A stretch of DNA of 63,156 nt, filler included, from an uncultured Methanoregulaceae archaeon (GTDB lineage Archaea > Halobacteriota > Methanomicrobia > Methanomicrobiales > Methanospirillaceae): assembly GCA_964530035.1 (NCBI GenBank). It is 5 parts of 5 records of this genome, joined end to end, with 100 filler letters (N's around TTAATTAATTAA, not from the genome) between each part and the next. Parts side by side here need not be neighbours in the genome. Positions count along the whole stretch, not along the records: positions 38,647 to 51,132 come from CAZGXZ010000066.1; positions 51,233 to 63,156 come from CAZGXZ010000068.1; 3 more parts are not named here. One strand, given 5' to 3'. The notes under the pieces are model-generated. The model saw only the letters and a program-made list of their open reading frames with translations, was not told the origin of the DNA and did no database searches. Positions 50,278 to 61,139 of the stretch are shown in pieces. Positions within the stretch are counted from its first letter, which is position 1; the number at the start of each line of letters is the position of its first letter. Position numbers and translations under genes: made by a program.

Positions 50278-51132
50278 GCCGGGCACTCTGGGCGGCAGGG
50301 TTGATCATCTGCATAGCTGCCATCTCGGTTATTCTCCAGCTCTCCTCGACCAGCCAGGACTTTTCCAGGTGGAACACCGACTGGAACGGGACAAGCGACT
50401 TTTATGGCATTCTTGAGAAACGGGATGTACATGAGGTATATTCCTTGGATGCCCTCCCGGGATCCCCGGGAAACGTCCTCTTCATCGTGTCGGTGCGCCA
50501 GGGCTACGAGCCTGGTGAGATCCAGAAATTAGAGTCATTCCTTGATGCAGGGAACCGGGTGGTCATTATCGACGAGGGTCCCCCGGGCGGGGACCTCGTG
50601 CAGGAGGTCATGGGTGGAGCCCGTTTTACTGACGGGTATGTGACCGGGGTTGACAGGCCATGGTCGGACCCTGCGCTTCTCCTTGCTTATCCTGTGACCA
50701 AGAACAACCTGACCATGGGTGTTACATCAGTCCTGCTTGACCGGCCGAAGGGAGTCATCGGAGGTACCACCTATGCCAGCACCGGGGTCCTTTCATGGGT
50801 GGATATGGACAACGACGGTGCCCTGGGCAAGGATGAGGAGATTGGAACAGTACCGGTCCTTGCAGGCAGCCCGTACGGCAGGGGTGAGACAATTGTCCTC
50901 TCGGATGCAAGCGCAGTCATCAATGGTGTGCTGCGGAGCCCCGGAGGAGCCGGCAACCGTGTCCTTGTCGCCAACCTTGCGTGGGATTATGCCGGGGTCT
51001 ACCTCGACCAGGCCCACTGCAGGACGGCCGACTCGACGCCGATGACCCGTGCCATTCAAGTCATAAGAAACTCAATACTCCTGAAAACCGCCTGTCTTCT
51101 CGTTCTTGCAGGGCTGGCGGTCGCGTATCTTG
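50274..51132 (+). CDS. DUF4350 family membrane protein, truncated
   Basis: FSRWNTDWNGTS, GETIVLSDASAVIN, YLDQAH. Confidence 0.8.
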
Positions 51133-51232
51133 NNNNNNNNNNNNNNNNNNNNNNNNNNNNNNNNNNNNNNNNNNNNTTAATTAATTAANNNNNNNNNNNN
51201 NNNNNNNNNNNNNNNNNNNNNNNNNNNNNNNN
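51133..51232. other. Artificial contig linker
   Basis: N run with TTAATTAATTAA. Confidence 0.97.
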
Positions 51233-51399
51233 GGGGTCGTTGCCTGTATATCAGGGAGATTTCTTGAAAAACCAGTTGAATTAGAGTTCACAGCGTTTAA
51301 CGCTCCTGTCCTACGAAGTATGAAACAAACGGTTGGTGCTTTTCGAGGTATATCCAATACAATATTTATGTCCTTTGTTACTGATATGAGTGAGGATCT

Positions 51400-52392
51400 A
51401 TGATAGAAAAATACTACGATAAGGATGCGGATCTTTCGGTTTTATCGGGAAAAACCGTAGCCGTAATCGGGTACGGCTCGCAGGGACGAGGCCAGGCACT
51501 CAATCTGAAGGATAGCGGCATTTCGGTCATTATCGGTTTACGACCCGGGAAAAGCTGGGACACCGCTCAAAAAGACGGTCTTTCGGTCATGCGGGTAGGA
51601 GATGCAGTCCAGAAGGCTGATATCGTTCAGATCCTCCTTCCGGATGAAAACCAGGGGAAAGTATACCGTGAGGAGATTGCACCACACATGCGTCCAGGAA
51701 TGGTACTGTCGTTCTCGCATGGGTTCAATATCCATTACGGGCAGATCGTCCCGCCTGAAAATGTCGATGTCATCATGATTGCCCCGAAGGGGCCCGGGTT
51801 CATGGTACGGAGGATGTTCGAAGAGGGCAAGGGTGTCCCTGCACTTATTGCGATAGAGAAGGATGCGAGCGGCAAAGCACGGAAGACCGCCCTTGCATAT
51901 GCGAAAGGTATCGGGGCCACCCGGGCCGTTGTCCTTGAAACATCATTCAGGGAGGAGACTGAGACCGACCTCTTCGGTGAGCAGGCGGTACTGTGCGGGG
52001 GCGTAACATCCCTGGTCAGGGCCGGCTTTGAGACCCTTGTCGATGCCGGTTACGCACCCGAAATGGCGTACCTTGAGGTCCTGCATGAGCTCAAACTCAT
52101 AGTTGACCTGATCTATGAAGGAGGGTTCACCAAGATGCGTCGTTACATCAGCAACACCGCCCAGTATGGCGACCTGACCCGGGGCCCGAGGGTCATCGGG
52201 CCTGAGTCATATGTCGCCATGCAGGAGATACTTGAGGAGATCCAGACTGGGAAGTTCGCCAGGGAATGGATCCTGGAGAACATGGTGAACCGCCCTGTTT
52301 TCAATGCCCTTACCAAGGCTGACGAGGAGCACGAGATAGAGGAGATCGGGAAGGAAATTCGTGCCCTCATGCCCCAGTTCCAGAATACCTGA
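51400..52392 (+). CDS. ilvC: Ketol-acid reductoisomerase
   Basis: [42 protein letters not shown]. Confidence 0.97.
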   Translation: MIEKYYDKDADLSVLSGKTVAVIGYGSQGRGQALNLKDSGISVIIGLRPGKSWDTAQKDGLSVMRVGDAVQKADIVQILLPDENQGKVYREEIAPHMRPGMVLSFSHGFNIHYGQIVPPENVDVIMIAPKGPGFMVRRMFEEGKGVPALIAIEKDASGKARKTALAYAKGIGATRAVVLETSFREETETDLFGEQAVLCGGVTSLVRAGFETLVDAGYAPEMAYLEVLHELKLIVDLIYEGGFTKMRRYISNTAQYGDLTRGPRVIGPESYVAMQEILEEIQTGKFAREWILENMVNRPVFNALTKADEEHEIEEIGKEIRALMPQFQNT

Positions 52393-52766
52393 ATCGGGAG
52401 GTCCAGGGATCTCCTCAGAGAACTTTTTCTGGGGCATGCCTGAAATGAGAGATCATTCGACCCGATCCGGGATCCTGTGGGTGTGAGCGAATCCCTGGCG
52501 GGTATGGGATGAAACAAATAAATGGACTTCAGCTGGTGAATAACTGGGATAAATGTACTATCCTGACTCCCGTCCCTGCGTATTTTTCTGCAGAAATATT
52601 CCTGGGGCGAAGGTCCTTCACTAACAGACTATCCCCGTTGCAGCCCGGGATCATGAGAAGGTAGTGCCGATGAACCGGTATTCCCCCCGGTGTTTCTGAT
52701 CATCGGGCGCGTCCTGACCGTCATGTACCGGTTATTTAGGACGGTGGAACGAATACATACATCACT

Positions 52767-53381
52767 ATGGCCGACTCGTATGAGGATCTTCTGAAAAAGG
52801 CATATACTCAGGTGACCGAACCCACTGAGTTTGCTGACCGGTTTGTCATGCCCGAGGCCAAGGTCACGATTGAAGGCAAGACCACCATACTTGATAATTT
52901 CGCCGAGATCGCTGCGGTAATTCGTCGGGACCAGGATCACTTCATGAAATACCTCCTCGGCGAACTGGGAACCGCTGGAAAAATCGATGGAAACCGGGCC
53001 GTTTTCAATGGCAAATTCGAATCAAGCCTCATCTCCATGATGGTCCGGAATTATATCGAGGACTATGTGATATGCTCTGAATGCGGCAGGCCGGATACCC
53101 GGCTGGTCAAGGATGACCGGGTCCTCATCCTGCGCTGTGACGCATGCGGGAGCCACAGGCCAGTACGGAAACGGAAGGCACGGACCGAGCCCGCAGGTAC
53201 GACCCTGCAGGAGGGGGCGGTCATCGAGGTCGATATTGAATCCTTGTCGAGGCGCGGTGATGGCGTCGCCAGAATAGGAAAATACATCCTCTACGTGGCA
53301 AATGCAAAACCTGGACAAAAGGTGAAGGTGAAGATCACCCGTATATCAGGGCAGATTGCATTTACCGAGCGGGCCGGGTAA
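52767..53381 (+). CDS. eif2b: Translation initiation factor 2 beta subunit with C-terminal TRAM domain
   Basis: [30 protein letters not shown]...VKVKI. Confidence 0.95.
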   Translation: MADSYEDLLKKAYTQVTEPTEFADRFVMPEAKVTIEGKTTILDNFAEIAAVIRRDQDHFMKYLLGELGTAGKIDGNRAVFNGKFESSLISMMVRNYIEDYVICSECGRPDTRLVKDDRVLILRCDACGSHRPVRKRKARTEPAGTTLQEGAVIEVDIESLSRRGDGVARIGKYILYVANAKPGQKVKVKITRISGQIAFTERAG

Positions 53382-53384
53382 AAA

Positions 53385-53654
53385 TTACTGTTTTTCAATA
53401 TCTGAAAGAATAGTGTCGCAATAGCCTGAAATGGTCCTGCAGGCCACCTTGATGGCTTCGACAGGATCGGCACCGTTATTTGTTGTGACGGTCAGTTCAG
53501 GGTCGGAAAACTGAAACTCCATATGGTACTTGGCAATATCCACATCCGGGTTCTTCAGTAGTTCCGCCGTGAGGGCATTGAGGAAAGTATGACCTTCTCC
53601 GGCCACGACCAGGCGTACCTTGTCCTTCCCAAGCTCGAGGATCTTGATACTCAT
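53385..53654 (-). CDS. rpoL: RNA polymerase subunit L (Rpo11)
   Basis: GEGHTFLNAL..ELL..PDVDIAKY. Confidence 0.92.
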   Translation of the reverse strand: MSIKILELGKDKVRLVVAGEGHTFLNALTAELLKNPDVDIAKYHMEFQFSDPELTVTTNNGADPVEAIKVACRTISGYCDTILSDIEKQ

Positions 53655-53687
53655 CCGTATTACATCGAGTCAGAAACACATATATCT

Positions 53688-54443
53688 TTATGGAAGGACA
53701 CAGCCGCAGGTATGCTGTTCTGCCTGAAAAATGAATGATTCACCGTCATATGACGAAAAGGGTGTATCCCATGGGATAAAGTGGCTCATATGGACACACC
53801 TGACCTCCCTTGCCCTGAGATCCCTGGCGAGCTGCAATGCTTCGGGGTAGTTCATGTGCTTTGCAATCCTGAAACCTGCCGGGACGATTGCGTCGATGAA
53901 CAGGAGATCCATCCCTGTCAGGGCATCAACGCTCTCTTCCGGGAGTTCCTTCCGTGTATCAGACGTATATCCGATGCTGGTCCCCCCGGACCTGATTACG
54001 AGACCTGTCGTCATGGTAGACGGGTGGTTGACTACAACAGGAGTGATTTCAAGACCGAACAGGTAAAAAGGCTTGTGCGGGGAAATACGATTTCCCTGGA
54101 AGGGGAGGAAGGAAAATATCCCCCCGCAATAGTCCAGGACCTCTCCGACAGCATAAACTTCGGGCATTTTCTGGACCCGGTAGAACTCCCCGAAGCCCAT
54201 GAAGTGATCATAATGACCATGGGTCCAGATAACCGCATCGATGGGTGGAGATCCCGCCATGAGGAGCTGGCGACGGAGGTCCGGGGAGGAGTCGATAAGG
54301 ATGTACCTCCCTCCATTCTCAATAAGCAGGGATGTACGCAGCCTCTGCCTTCCAGACCTGGCCGCCTCCGCGCAGACCGGGCATGGGCAGCCGATTTTTG
54401 GAGTCCCAATGGCATCCCCGCACCCGAGGACCGTGATCCGCAT
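53688..54443 (-). CDS. MBL-fold metallohydrolase (PhnP-like)
   Basis: GTPKIGCPCPVC, THGHYDH, YTSDT, KHMN, HMSH. Confidence 0.92.
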   Translation of the reverse strand: MRITVLGCGDAIGTPKIGCPCPVCAEAARSGRQRLRTSLLIENGGRYILIDSSPDLRRQLLMAGSPPIDAVIWTHGHYDHFMGFGEFYRVQKMPEVYAVGEVLDYCGGIFSFLPFQGNRISPHKPFYLFGLEITPVVVNHPSTMTTGLVIRSGGTSIGYTSDTRKELPEESVDALTGMDLLFIDAIVPAGFRIAKHMNYPEALQLARDLRAREVRCVHMSHFIPWDTPFSSYDGESFIFQAEQHTCGCVLP

Positions 54444-54444
54444 G

Positions 54445-55719
54445 TCAGGTGCTGTGGATTTTCCTGATGATGGTCCGTCCTTTCACCATCAGGCTGCCCT
54501 GCTCGATATCGTCTGCGGTAAGGTTCCTGCGTCCTTCGGTTAACGCGGCGAGCACCGCCTCCCTGACCATCATCTTCAGGTCTGCCCCTGAAAATCCTTC
54601 GGTTTCCCGTGCAAGTTCTTTATAATCACAGGATGTTTCAAAGGGGCCCAGGAATGTCCTGAGGATCTCCTCCCTCATCTCAAGGGTTGGAAGGGGAAAC
54701 TCTACGACTTCGTCGAAACGCCTCCATGCCGCCTCGTCGAGGAGCTGGGGATGGTTGGTTGCAGCTACGAGGATAACTTTGTTCTTGATCATGGTAACGC
54801 GGTCGATGTTTTTGAGGAGGGCGTTGACTGCCCGTTTCATCGCACCATGGTCATCGGATACCCGGCTCTTTGCAAGGTAGTCGAACTCGTCGATAAACAG
54901 GATGCACGGTGCGACTTTGCGCGCGAAATCAAATATCCTCTCGATGTTTTTCGAAGTCTCACCGAGGTACTGGGAGGTGATCATCGGGAGGCGGACCTCG
55001 AGGATCGGCATGTGCATGACATGTGCCATTGCGAGGGCAAGTGATGTTTTTCCTGTCCCCGGAGGACCTACAAAGAGAAGTTTACCGATCTCCGTTATCC
55101 TGTGGCGACGCAGGTACTCGATGTGCCGGATGGCAACATTGAGTTTTGCAATCACTGATTTCTGTTCCTGGGTGATGACAAGCCCGGCAATCTCCTGCTC
55201 CACTTCCTCAGGGGCGTTGATAATCATCAGGTCAAGTGCACCCCGCAGGTGCTCGTCATCAGCGATGATCCTCGAGATTGTCCTGTCCAGGTAATTCCTG
55301 CTGTCCTCATAGGGTGGATTGGCGGCGAGTACTTCTTCGTACGGGACAATCTGCCGGTTCTGCTTCTGAAGTTCAAAGGCAAATGCCGGATTCCTTCCGG
55401 CAGCAGCAGTTCCGCCGTGCGAGAGGAACCAGGAAATCGCAGGTTCAAGAGAGGTTACAGACAACCGCTGTCCAAACTCCTCGTGTTTTACAAAAGGGTG
55501 CCCGTTCAGAATAGCAAGTGCGTCCGGGATGCCGAGGGCTTTTTTAACGGAACCCGTACTGACCACAACCGGACGTTTGAGTTCGCCGGAGCCGTTGGTA
55601 TCGAAGAGATTCCGCAGGTAAGGCGGCAGGTCACTGATCCCGAGGTTTTCATGCCGGTTAAGAATCTCGGCGGTGATGAGTGCTTCCGTGAGGGTTTCGG
55701 TCGCGTCTTCTGCCGTCAT
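54445..55719 (-). CDS. AAA family ATPase (single AAA domain)
   Basis: GPPGTGKT, LFIDEFD, ATNHPQLLDEAAWRRFD, GFSGADL. Confidence 0.92.
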   Translation of the reverse strand: MTAEDATETLTEALITAEILNRHENLGISDLPPYLRNLFDTNGSGELKRPVVVSTGSVKKALGIPDALAILNGHPFVKHEEFGQRLSVTSLEPAISWFLSHGGTAAAGRNPAFAFELQKQNRQIVPYEEVLAANPPYEDSRNYLDRTISRIIADDEHLRGALDLMIINAPEEVEQEIAGLVITQEQKSVIAKLNVAIRHIEYLRRHRITEIGKLLFVGPPGTGKTSLALAMAHVMHMPILEVRLPMITSQYLGETSKNIERIFDFARKVAPCILFIDEFDYLAKSRVSDDHGAMKRAVNALLKNIDRVTMIKNKVILVAATNHPQLLDEAAWRRFDEVVEFPLPTLEMREEILRTFLGPFETSCDYKELARETEGFSGADLKMMVREAVLAALTEGRRNLTADDIEQGSLMVKGRTIIRKIHST

Positions 55720-55762
55720 GGATATAACCTCATATATCGCCCATGAATCAGCATAATGCTTC

Positions 55763-56638
55763 TCATCGTGTTGTTACCAGGCACCCATCGCTGGTCACGA
55801 TCAGTGTATGCTCTGCCTGGGAGATGAGTGATCCGGGCAGATCGCCAAGTACAGGATATGCACGGAGGATCCCAGACCTGACCAGGACGGCGAGCGGGAC
55901 TTCCGGGTGGTCACCAGGAAGCCATCGCCTGGCAAATGGCATCCCCTCCCGGCCTGCAACCATTTCGATGATATGCCGGGCCTTTGGAAGACGGACCGGT
56001 TTCGAACTGATCTGCTGGTATATCTCCCTGCGTGACCTCTCGGTAACATGGCCTCTTCCCGTACTTGCAAACGGTTCTATGGCGAAGACCATTCCTTCGG
56101 TCAGCAATGAGCCTCCATGTATCCTCACATTGGGAATGTTCGGGGGGGTGTGGATCTGGTACCTGGCAAGACCGTGACCGGTCAGATTATCGACCGGACG
56201 ATAGCCCCTTGATTCTATCTCGGCCTGTATCACTCCCCCGAGATCCCCGACCGTCACCCCTGGCCTCACCAGTCCGATAGCTGCTTCGAGAGCCGCCTGT
56301 GCAGCGTCGCACAGGAGCCCGTTCTGGCCAAGGTCAACAGTCGTAGCGGTATCCGCGATGTAGCCTTCTGAATGTACCCCCAGGTCTACCTTGACCACAT
56401 CCCCCTGGGCAAATGTCCGTTGGTCTCCTGGTATTGCAGTATCATGGGCTGCGTCCTCGTTCAAGGAGATGTTCAAAGGGAAGGCAAGCCCGAATCCTTC
56501 GTCTGCAACCTGGCCTTCTATCCTTTCCACGACCTCGCGTATTGAGGCCCCGGGTCTGACGTGGCCGGCCCCCTGTTTCAGGATCCGTGCCGCAACCGCC
56601 CCTGCTTCAAGGTACCGTTCCATCTCGTCGTCCCTCAC
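55763..56638 (-). CDS. map: Type II methionine aminopeptidase
   Basis: AFPLNIS.N..AAH, KVDLGVH.EGYIADTA, NLTGHGL, AIEPFA, QAEHT. Confidence 0.96.
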   Translation of the reverse strand: MRDDEMERYLEAGAVAARILKQGAGHVRPGASIREVVERIEGQVADEGFGLAFPLNISLNEDAAHDTAIPGDQRTFAQGDVVKVDLGVHSEGYIADTATTVDLGQNGLLCDAAQAALEAAIGLVRPGVTVGDLGGVIQAEIESRGYRPVDNLTGHGLARYQIHTPPNIPNVRIHGGSLLTEGMVFAIEPFASTGRGHVTERSRREIYQQISSKPVRLPKARHIIEMVAGREGMPFARRWLPGDHPEVPLAVLVRSGILRAYPVLGDLPGSLISQAEHTLIVTSDGCLVTTR

Positions 56639-57795
56639 AGGACCATCTCCTTTGAAAAACGGGTGAAAGAGGCAAAGCCCGATCGTGTAAGGACGCCCGT
56701 ATCCTCAATCCTCACCCCGCCGATCCCCTCGTAATAAAGCCCCGGCTCTATGGTAACGACATTCCCCCTGGCAAGTTCCTGCTCTCCGGAGACACCGAGC
56801 GTCGGGAGCTCATGGACATCGAGGCCGACCCCGTGCCCGAGGTTGTGGGTGAAACCACGCGGGCCGCTTTCATACCCGCAATCCTTGAAATAATCAACGA
56901 CCGATTGATGGACAGATACACCCGTAACTCCGGGCCGTGTCATCGAACAGGCCAGTTCAAAAGCCCCAAGCACGGCCTTGTACAACTCATCGAGGTCCTC
57001 CGGGGGGGTCCCTCTGACAACGGTCCGGGTCATGTCCGTATGGTACCCTGTCGCATCGTCCCTTGGGAACAGGTCTATCACCACAGGATCGTTTTCCCGT
57101 ATCGGGCCACTCCCCGTGCAATGGGGCATCGAGCTCTGCTCTCCTGGTGCGACAATGGTTTCTGATGCCGTGCAACCGTTTCCTACGAGGGATTGGTGCA
57201 TCGCGGCGCGTATGCGTTCAGAGGTCAGGAGCATCCCGCCCGACATGAGGAGGCCGTTTCTTGGTCTTGCCTTTCGTATAAGCTCAACCGCGACATGCAT
57301 GGCCATGTCGGTTGCAGTCTGGGCCCGTTTCATTGCTGAGATTTCTGCCCTGTTTTTTACACTTCTCAGTCCAGGCACCGTTGTTCCATCGATATGCACC
57401 CTCGACGTTTCTGCAAGTGCCCGCCCGAGTGCATACGGTGTCTGGGGGGGGATGACGATACCGTCGTCACCTGCAAGCCCGGTCACCATCCGGGCGATCG
57501 CCTTCCATCGGTCGGGCTCGGTTTTCATGATCTCAAACAATCCGGCGTCGGAACGCGTAAGGACAGATGTGCGGGACTCACGCGATGCACGAACCGCCTC
57601 CATCTGGGAGACTATGATTACTCCCGCCTCACCCCGCCGCTTCAGGTACACAACAGGATCCCCGGTCACGAAATGGGTGAGGTACCGCATGTCCGCGTCC
57701 GATGAAGAGCCGTACGCCATGAACGCGGAGGCTCCCAGCCGTTCCATCACAGGGTCGAGAGCATCCATCTCCGTAACCGTAGACCGTGAGACCAC
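56635..57795 (-). CDS. Xaa-Pro aminopeptidase (M24B)
   Basis: IDLFPR...GYHTDMTRT, HNLGHGVGLDVHE, TIEPGLY, GVRIED. Confidence 0.93.
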   Translation of the reverse strand: MVSRSTVTEMDALDPVMERLGASAFMAYGSSSDADMRYLTHFVTGDPVVYLKRRGEAGVIIVSQMEAVRASRESRTSVLTRSDAGLFEIMKTEPDRWKAIARMVTGLAGDDGIVIPPQTPYALGRALAETSRVHIDGTTVPGLRSVKNRAEISAMKRAQTATDMAMHVAVELIRKARPRNGLLMSGGMLLTSERIRAAMHQSLVGNGCTASETIVAPGEQSSMPHCTGSGPIRENDPVVIDLFPRDDATGYHTDMTRTVVRGTPPEDLDELYKAVLGAFELACSMTRPGVTGVSVHQSVVDYFKDCGYESGPRGFTHNLGHGVGLDVHELPTLGVSGEQELARGNVVTIEPGLYYEGIGGVRIEDTGVLTRSGFASFTRFSKEMVL

Positions 57796-57825
57796 AAGTA
57801 CTTTTACGATGCGGGTGAGCTATGA

Positions 57826-58068
57826 GTGATGGATCAGGCATCAAAAGAACAGTTTAAATGGAAATTCTGGATTTTGACCATCATTTTAAACGTCATTGTC
57901 CTGCTTGTTGCAATCGCGGTTATCGGGCTCTTTAAGGTCCCGGCGCCGTATACGCTCCCTTTTTCCGGGGGGTGCCTGGTTGTGGCAGGGCTCCTCGGGT
58001 GGAAATTCCAAAAAATGTATGCGCTGACCAGGGAATGGCTGGATGAACATTCAGGCAATGACCGTTGA
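57826..58068 (+). CDS. Small membrane protein (2 TM)
   Basis: Two hydrophobic helices, TREWLDEH tail. Confidence 0.7.
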   Translation: MMDQASKEQFKWKFWILTIILNVIVLLVAIAVIGLFKVPAPYTLPFSGGCLVVAGLLGWKFQKMYALTREWLDEHSGNDR

Positions 58069-58095
58069 TCTGTTATCCGGGGCAGGGAGAGACCG

Positions 58096-58398
58096 ATGCT
58101 GAAAAAAATCAAGAGCGATGTCGAACTGGTCGCACGTCACATCGAGGTCCTGCGCGCTGTCATGGAACACCAGCCCATCGGTATCATGAAACTTGGGGAG
58201 ATGCTGGCTCTTCCCCAGCACCGGATACGGTACTCCCTCCGCATCCTTGAACAGAACGGGTATATCCAGGCTTCGGCCTCCGGCGCCGTGGCCACCCCGG
58301 CGGCTTCCGCCCTCTTTGGTTCACTGAATGACGATATCGGGGACATCATGGAGTTACTCGCCGGGATCAGGTCAAACTATGCTGGCATCGATAAATAG
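58096..58398 (+). CDS. Winged-helix transcriptional regulator (COG3388-like)
   Basis: RHIEVL..V...QPIGIMKL...HRIRYSLRILEQ. Confidence 0.85.
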   Translation: MLKKIKSDVELVARHIEVLRAVMEHQPIGIMKLGEMLALPQHRIRYSLRILEQNGYIQASASGAVATPAASALFGSLNDDIGDIMELLAGIRSNYAGIDK

Positions 58399-58464
58399 GT
58401 CCCCTGAAATCCGGGGTTATCTTTAAACCCATTCGGGGTGTATAAAATAAGGCACAGTTCCGGT

Positions 58465-58516
58465 GCCGCCATAACTCAGTTGGTAGAGTGGCTGGCTGTT
58501 AACCAGCATGTCACAG
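58465..58516 (+). tRNA. tRNA-Asn(GTT), 3-prime part lost in 10-N gap
   Basis: GCCGCCATAACTCAGTTGGTAGAGT, anticodon arm CTGG-CTGTTAA-CCAG; TTTAAA box about 40 nt upstream. Confidence 0.9.
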
Positions 58517-58526
58517 NNNNNNNNNN

Positions 58527-58597
58527 CCGTAGCTTAGTCCGGTCAGAGCGCCCGGCTCATAACCGGGCGGTCATGCGTTCGAATCGCATCGGGCCCA
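58527..58597 (+). tRNA. tRNA with CAT anticodon, probably tRNA-Ile2; first bases lost in gap
   Basis: CCCGG-CTCATAA-CCGGG anticodon arm, TTCGAAT T-loop, acceptor GGGCCCA typical of archaeal Ile2; follows tRNA-Asn. Confidence 0.88.
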
Positions 58598-58804
58598 TCC
58601 TGATCCTTTGAGAGCGCCTGTCCAAAATGAGGTTCCATTATGTATGGACAGACCTGGAATTTCATCAGTTTTCAAAGTGCAGTGCCCTTTCCTGGTCGGA
58701 AATCTGTTTATACCCGTTCCTGTCCGTCCGGCAATCCAGTCCCGGTTGCTCTGGGGAAATAAGATTCGCTATCTTTTTCTTTTTCCAGAACTGCCATTCA
58801 TTTC

Positions 58805-59827
58805 ATGGACTGCCCTGTATGTCACGGGATGTGTATCACCGATGCCACTGACCTGCTCCTCTCGGTCCCAGCCACGTTCGAGCCATGTCCTCTGTGCAGG
58901 GCAGTCGTCCTTGACAAGGAACGCCCCCCTCCGATAAGGTCTCCTTCCCGGCCCTGTGCATGCGGGAGGAGATATATCGACGAAATCTTCCTTGACCTCT
59001 ATCGGGTATTCAGGGAGGAACGTATTTTTTCAGGAAAGGAGCCCCTCCGGGCTGTCGGTAGTCCGCTCCCTCACCCGGGATTTCCAATGAAAGGGCCCCC
59101 TTTTATTGGTGAGCGGAGGTTGGTGCTTCTTTCACGGGATGTTAACCATGAAGCGGCGATACGGGTATTGGATGAGATACCCGAGATCAAGGGTGTGGTG
59201 AAGACCGGCCCGTTTGTACCCGGGCGGGGGCCTGATGGGAGGCCTATGACATACCGGCTCCTTTCGGGGTGTGATGTCCGTGCAGACCTGTTCTTCAGCA
59301 GTGCAGGTCCCGTGGCCGTCTACAAACAACAATCGAGACTTCATATCGAGTTTCCTCGCCCACGACATGAAAAAGGTGAACGTCTGGTCAGCCAGCTCTC
59401 AACGGGCCGCTACAGGAGCATCGCTGATCTCTGTTCCGGTGCTGGCACACTGGGTCTTATAGCCCTACGCACCGGGATCAGGCACGCGATCCTCAATGAT
59501 GCATGGTACGCCGCAGCGTTCTGGTCCGCACTTAACATAGAGGTAAACCAGGCTTTTTTTGCAACAGGGCCAGCAAAGCTTCTCCATTCTTATAAAGATC
59601 TGGAGAAGAGGAACTCCTCCGGAGCAGCCATTAAAATCGCGGAATCGAACGGCTCACAGAAGATCGAGGTCTGGATGGGGGACTATTCTGCCCTGGCCAG
59701 GGAGGGCCGTGCCCCGACAGGATGCCTGGGAATCCTCGATCTCTTTGATAAGCGTGATGTACAAAAAATCAGGTTATTTGAAGAGGAATGGAAGCGTCTC
59801 ACCGGTGGAGAGGTTTTTATTCCGTGA
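58805..59827 (+). CDS. Uncharacterised Cys-rich putative SAM-dependent methyltransferase
   Basis: CPVC..C, CPLC, CACGRR; GCDVRAD; DLCSGAGTLG motif I. Confidence 0.75.
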   Translation: MDCPVCHGMCITDATDLLLSVPATFEPCPLCRAVVLDKERPPPIRSPSRPCACGRRYIDEIFLDLYRVFREERIFSGKEPLRAVGSPLPHPGFPMKGPPFIGERRLVLLSRDVNHEAAIRVLDEIPEIKGVVKTGPFVPGRGPDGRPMTYRLLSGCDVRADLFFSSAGPVAVYKQQSRLHIEFPRPRHEKGERLVSQLSTGRYRSIADLCSGAGTLGLIALRTGIRHAILNDAWYAAAFWSALNIEVNQAFFATGPAKLLHSYKDLEKRNSSGAAIKIAESNGSQKIEVWMGDYSALAREGRAPTGCLGILDLFDKRDVQKIRLFEEEWKRLTGGEVFIP

Positions 59828-59841
59828 ACTCTGCATAGATA

Positions 59842-60153
59842 TGGGGACTAGCCCGGGTGGTCCGGCGTCACCTGTGACCTGAAACCGTCGGTATGCAGGG
59901 GGCGAAGCCTGAGGACGGCAGTAACGGGCTGCATGACGCTCCCTTTGTCTTCCGTCGAGACCTCGTCTCGTGAGGTCGGTGGAGAAGGACCGGAAACGCC
60001 GGAGGGTGTTTTCACCTTCCTGCTGTGGATACCGGCCGAGGCCCGGAAGGGAGCAGGCTCACCGCAGACATTCGGCGCCCACGGGGGTGCGGGGTGGAGG
60101 GAGATGACCGGAGCAGGTGCAGAGGCGTGCTGTCTACCGAGGGTGTGTCCCCA
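59842..60153 (+). ncRNA. ffs: Archaeal signal recognition particle (7S) RNA
   Basis: Helix 8 GGCCGAGGCCCGGAAGGGAGCAGGCT, terminal pairing TGGGGAC/GTCCCCA, about 312 nt, TTTTTAT box at 59814-59820. Confidence 0.92.
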
Positions 60154-60161
60154 CCGGTTCT

Positions 60162-61127
60162 ATGTCCAAGGTAGCAATTATTGGTGCAACAGGCAATGTA
60201 GGTGCCTTTGCAGCCCATGCGATCTCTGAAATTCCTCATGTGAGCGAAATAATGCTCATTGGGAGAGAAGGCCGGGAGAGCCTCCTTGAAGGGATCGCCA
60301 GCGATCTCAACGACTCATTTGCTGCCTGCGGGACCTACACGCGACTTTCTACTTCCACAAGGATAGATGCCGTTGCCGGAGCGGAGGTCATAGTCATTAC
60401 CGCAGGTGTCGCCCGGAAAGCCGGGCAGGACCGTCTTGACCTTGCTTTCGAGAATGCAAGGATAATAGCGGGTATTTCTCAACAGGTGGGCCAGATCGAC
60501 CGCGCGGCGAAGATCCTCATGATCACGAACCCTGTCGATGTCATGACTTCGGTTGCCCTCCATTATTCGGGCAAGGACCCGCACCTTGTCTTTGGACTTG
60601 GTACTCATCTGGACTCGATGCGTCTGAAAAACCTCATCGCGCAGTATTTCAGGGTCCACGTCAGCGAAGTCCACACGCGTATCATCGGGGAACACGGCCT
60701 GTCGATGGTGCCTCTCTGGTCAGCAACAACGATCGGTGGGATCCAGATCAGCAACCTGCCTGCCTTTTCACGGCTGCCGGTGAAGGATATGGCAGAAGCG
60801 GTCAAGTCAAGTGGCGAGAACATCATCAGGCAGAAAGGCTCGACTGTGTACGGCCCGGGAGAGGCGATTGCAACTCTTGTGAGGACGATGCTCGGAAATG
60901 AGAACAGGATACTGACCGTTTCGGCATACATCCGCCGTGAGGTCCATGATATCGGTGATGTATGCATAGGCGTACCGGCACGTGTGAACCGCCGAGGGGT
61001 GTTTCCAGTGACCATTAAAATTGATGAACCGGAAGTACAGGCGTTCAGGAGTTCGGTAGAAAAGATCCGGGGCATCACCAAGACAATCCAAGGACGACTT
61101 TTAACCGAAGGATTATCTTCAGATTAA
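60162..61127 (+). CDS. mdh: Malate/lactate dehydrogenase family (LDH-like MDH)
   Basis: IIGATGNVG, TAGVARKAGQDRLDL, TNPVD, LDSMR, IGEHG. Confidence 0.92.
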   Translation: MSKVAIIGATGNVGAFAAHAISEIPHVSEIMLIGREGRESLLEGIASDLNDSFAACGTYTRLSTSTRIDAVAGAEVIVITAGVARKAGQDRLDLAFENARIIAGISQQVGQIDRAAKILMITNPVDVMTSVALHYSGKDPHLVFGLGTHLDSMRLKNLIAQYFRVHVSEVHTRIIGEHGLSMVPLWSATTIGGIQISNLPAFSRLPVKDMAEAVKSSGENIIRQKGSTVYGPGEAIATLVRTMLGNENRILTVSAYIRREVHDIGDVCIGVPARVNRRGVFPVTIKIDEPEVQAFRSSVEKIRGITKTIQGRLLTEGLSSD

Positions 61128-61139
61128 AAAAGTGGTTTT

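Noticed and set aside
48197..51132. Membrane protein / DUF4129 / DUF4350 operon as a novel system
   Set aside because: Resembles the front half of the widespread archaeal DUF4350-MoxR-DUF58 cluster; truncated by the contig end, nothing unusual visible
58465..58800. tRNA pair as an integration site
   Set aside because: No integrase, duplicated tRNA 3-prime end or foreign gene block follows
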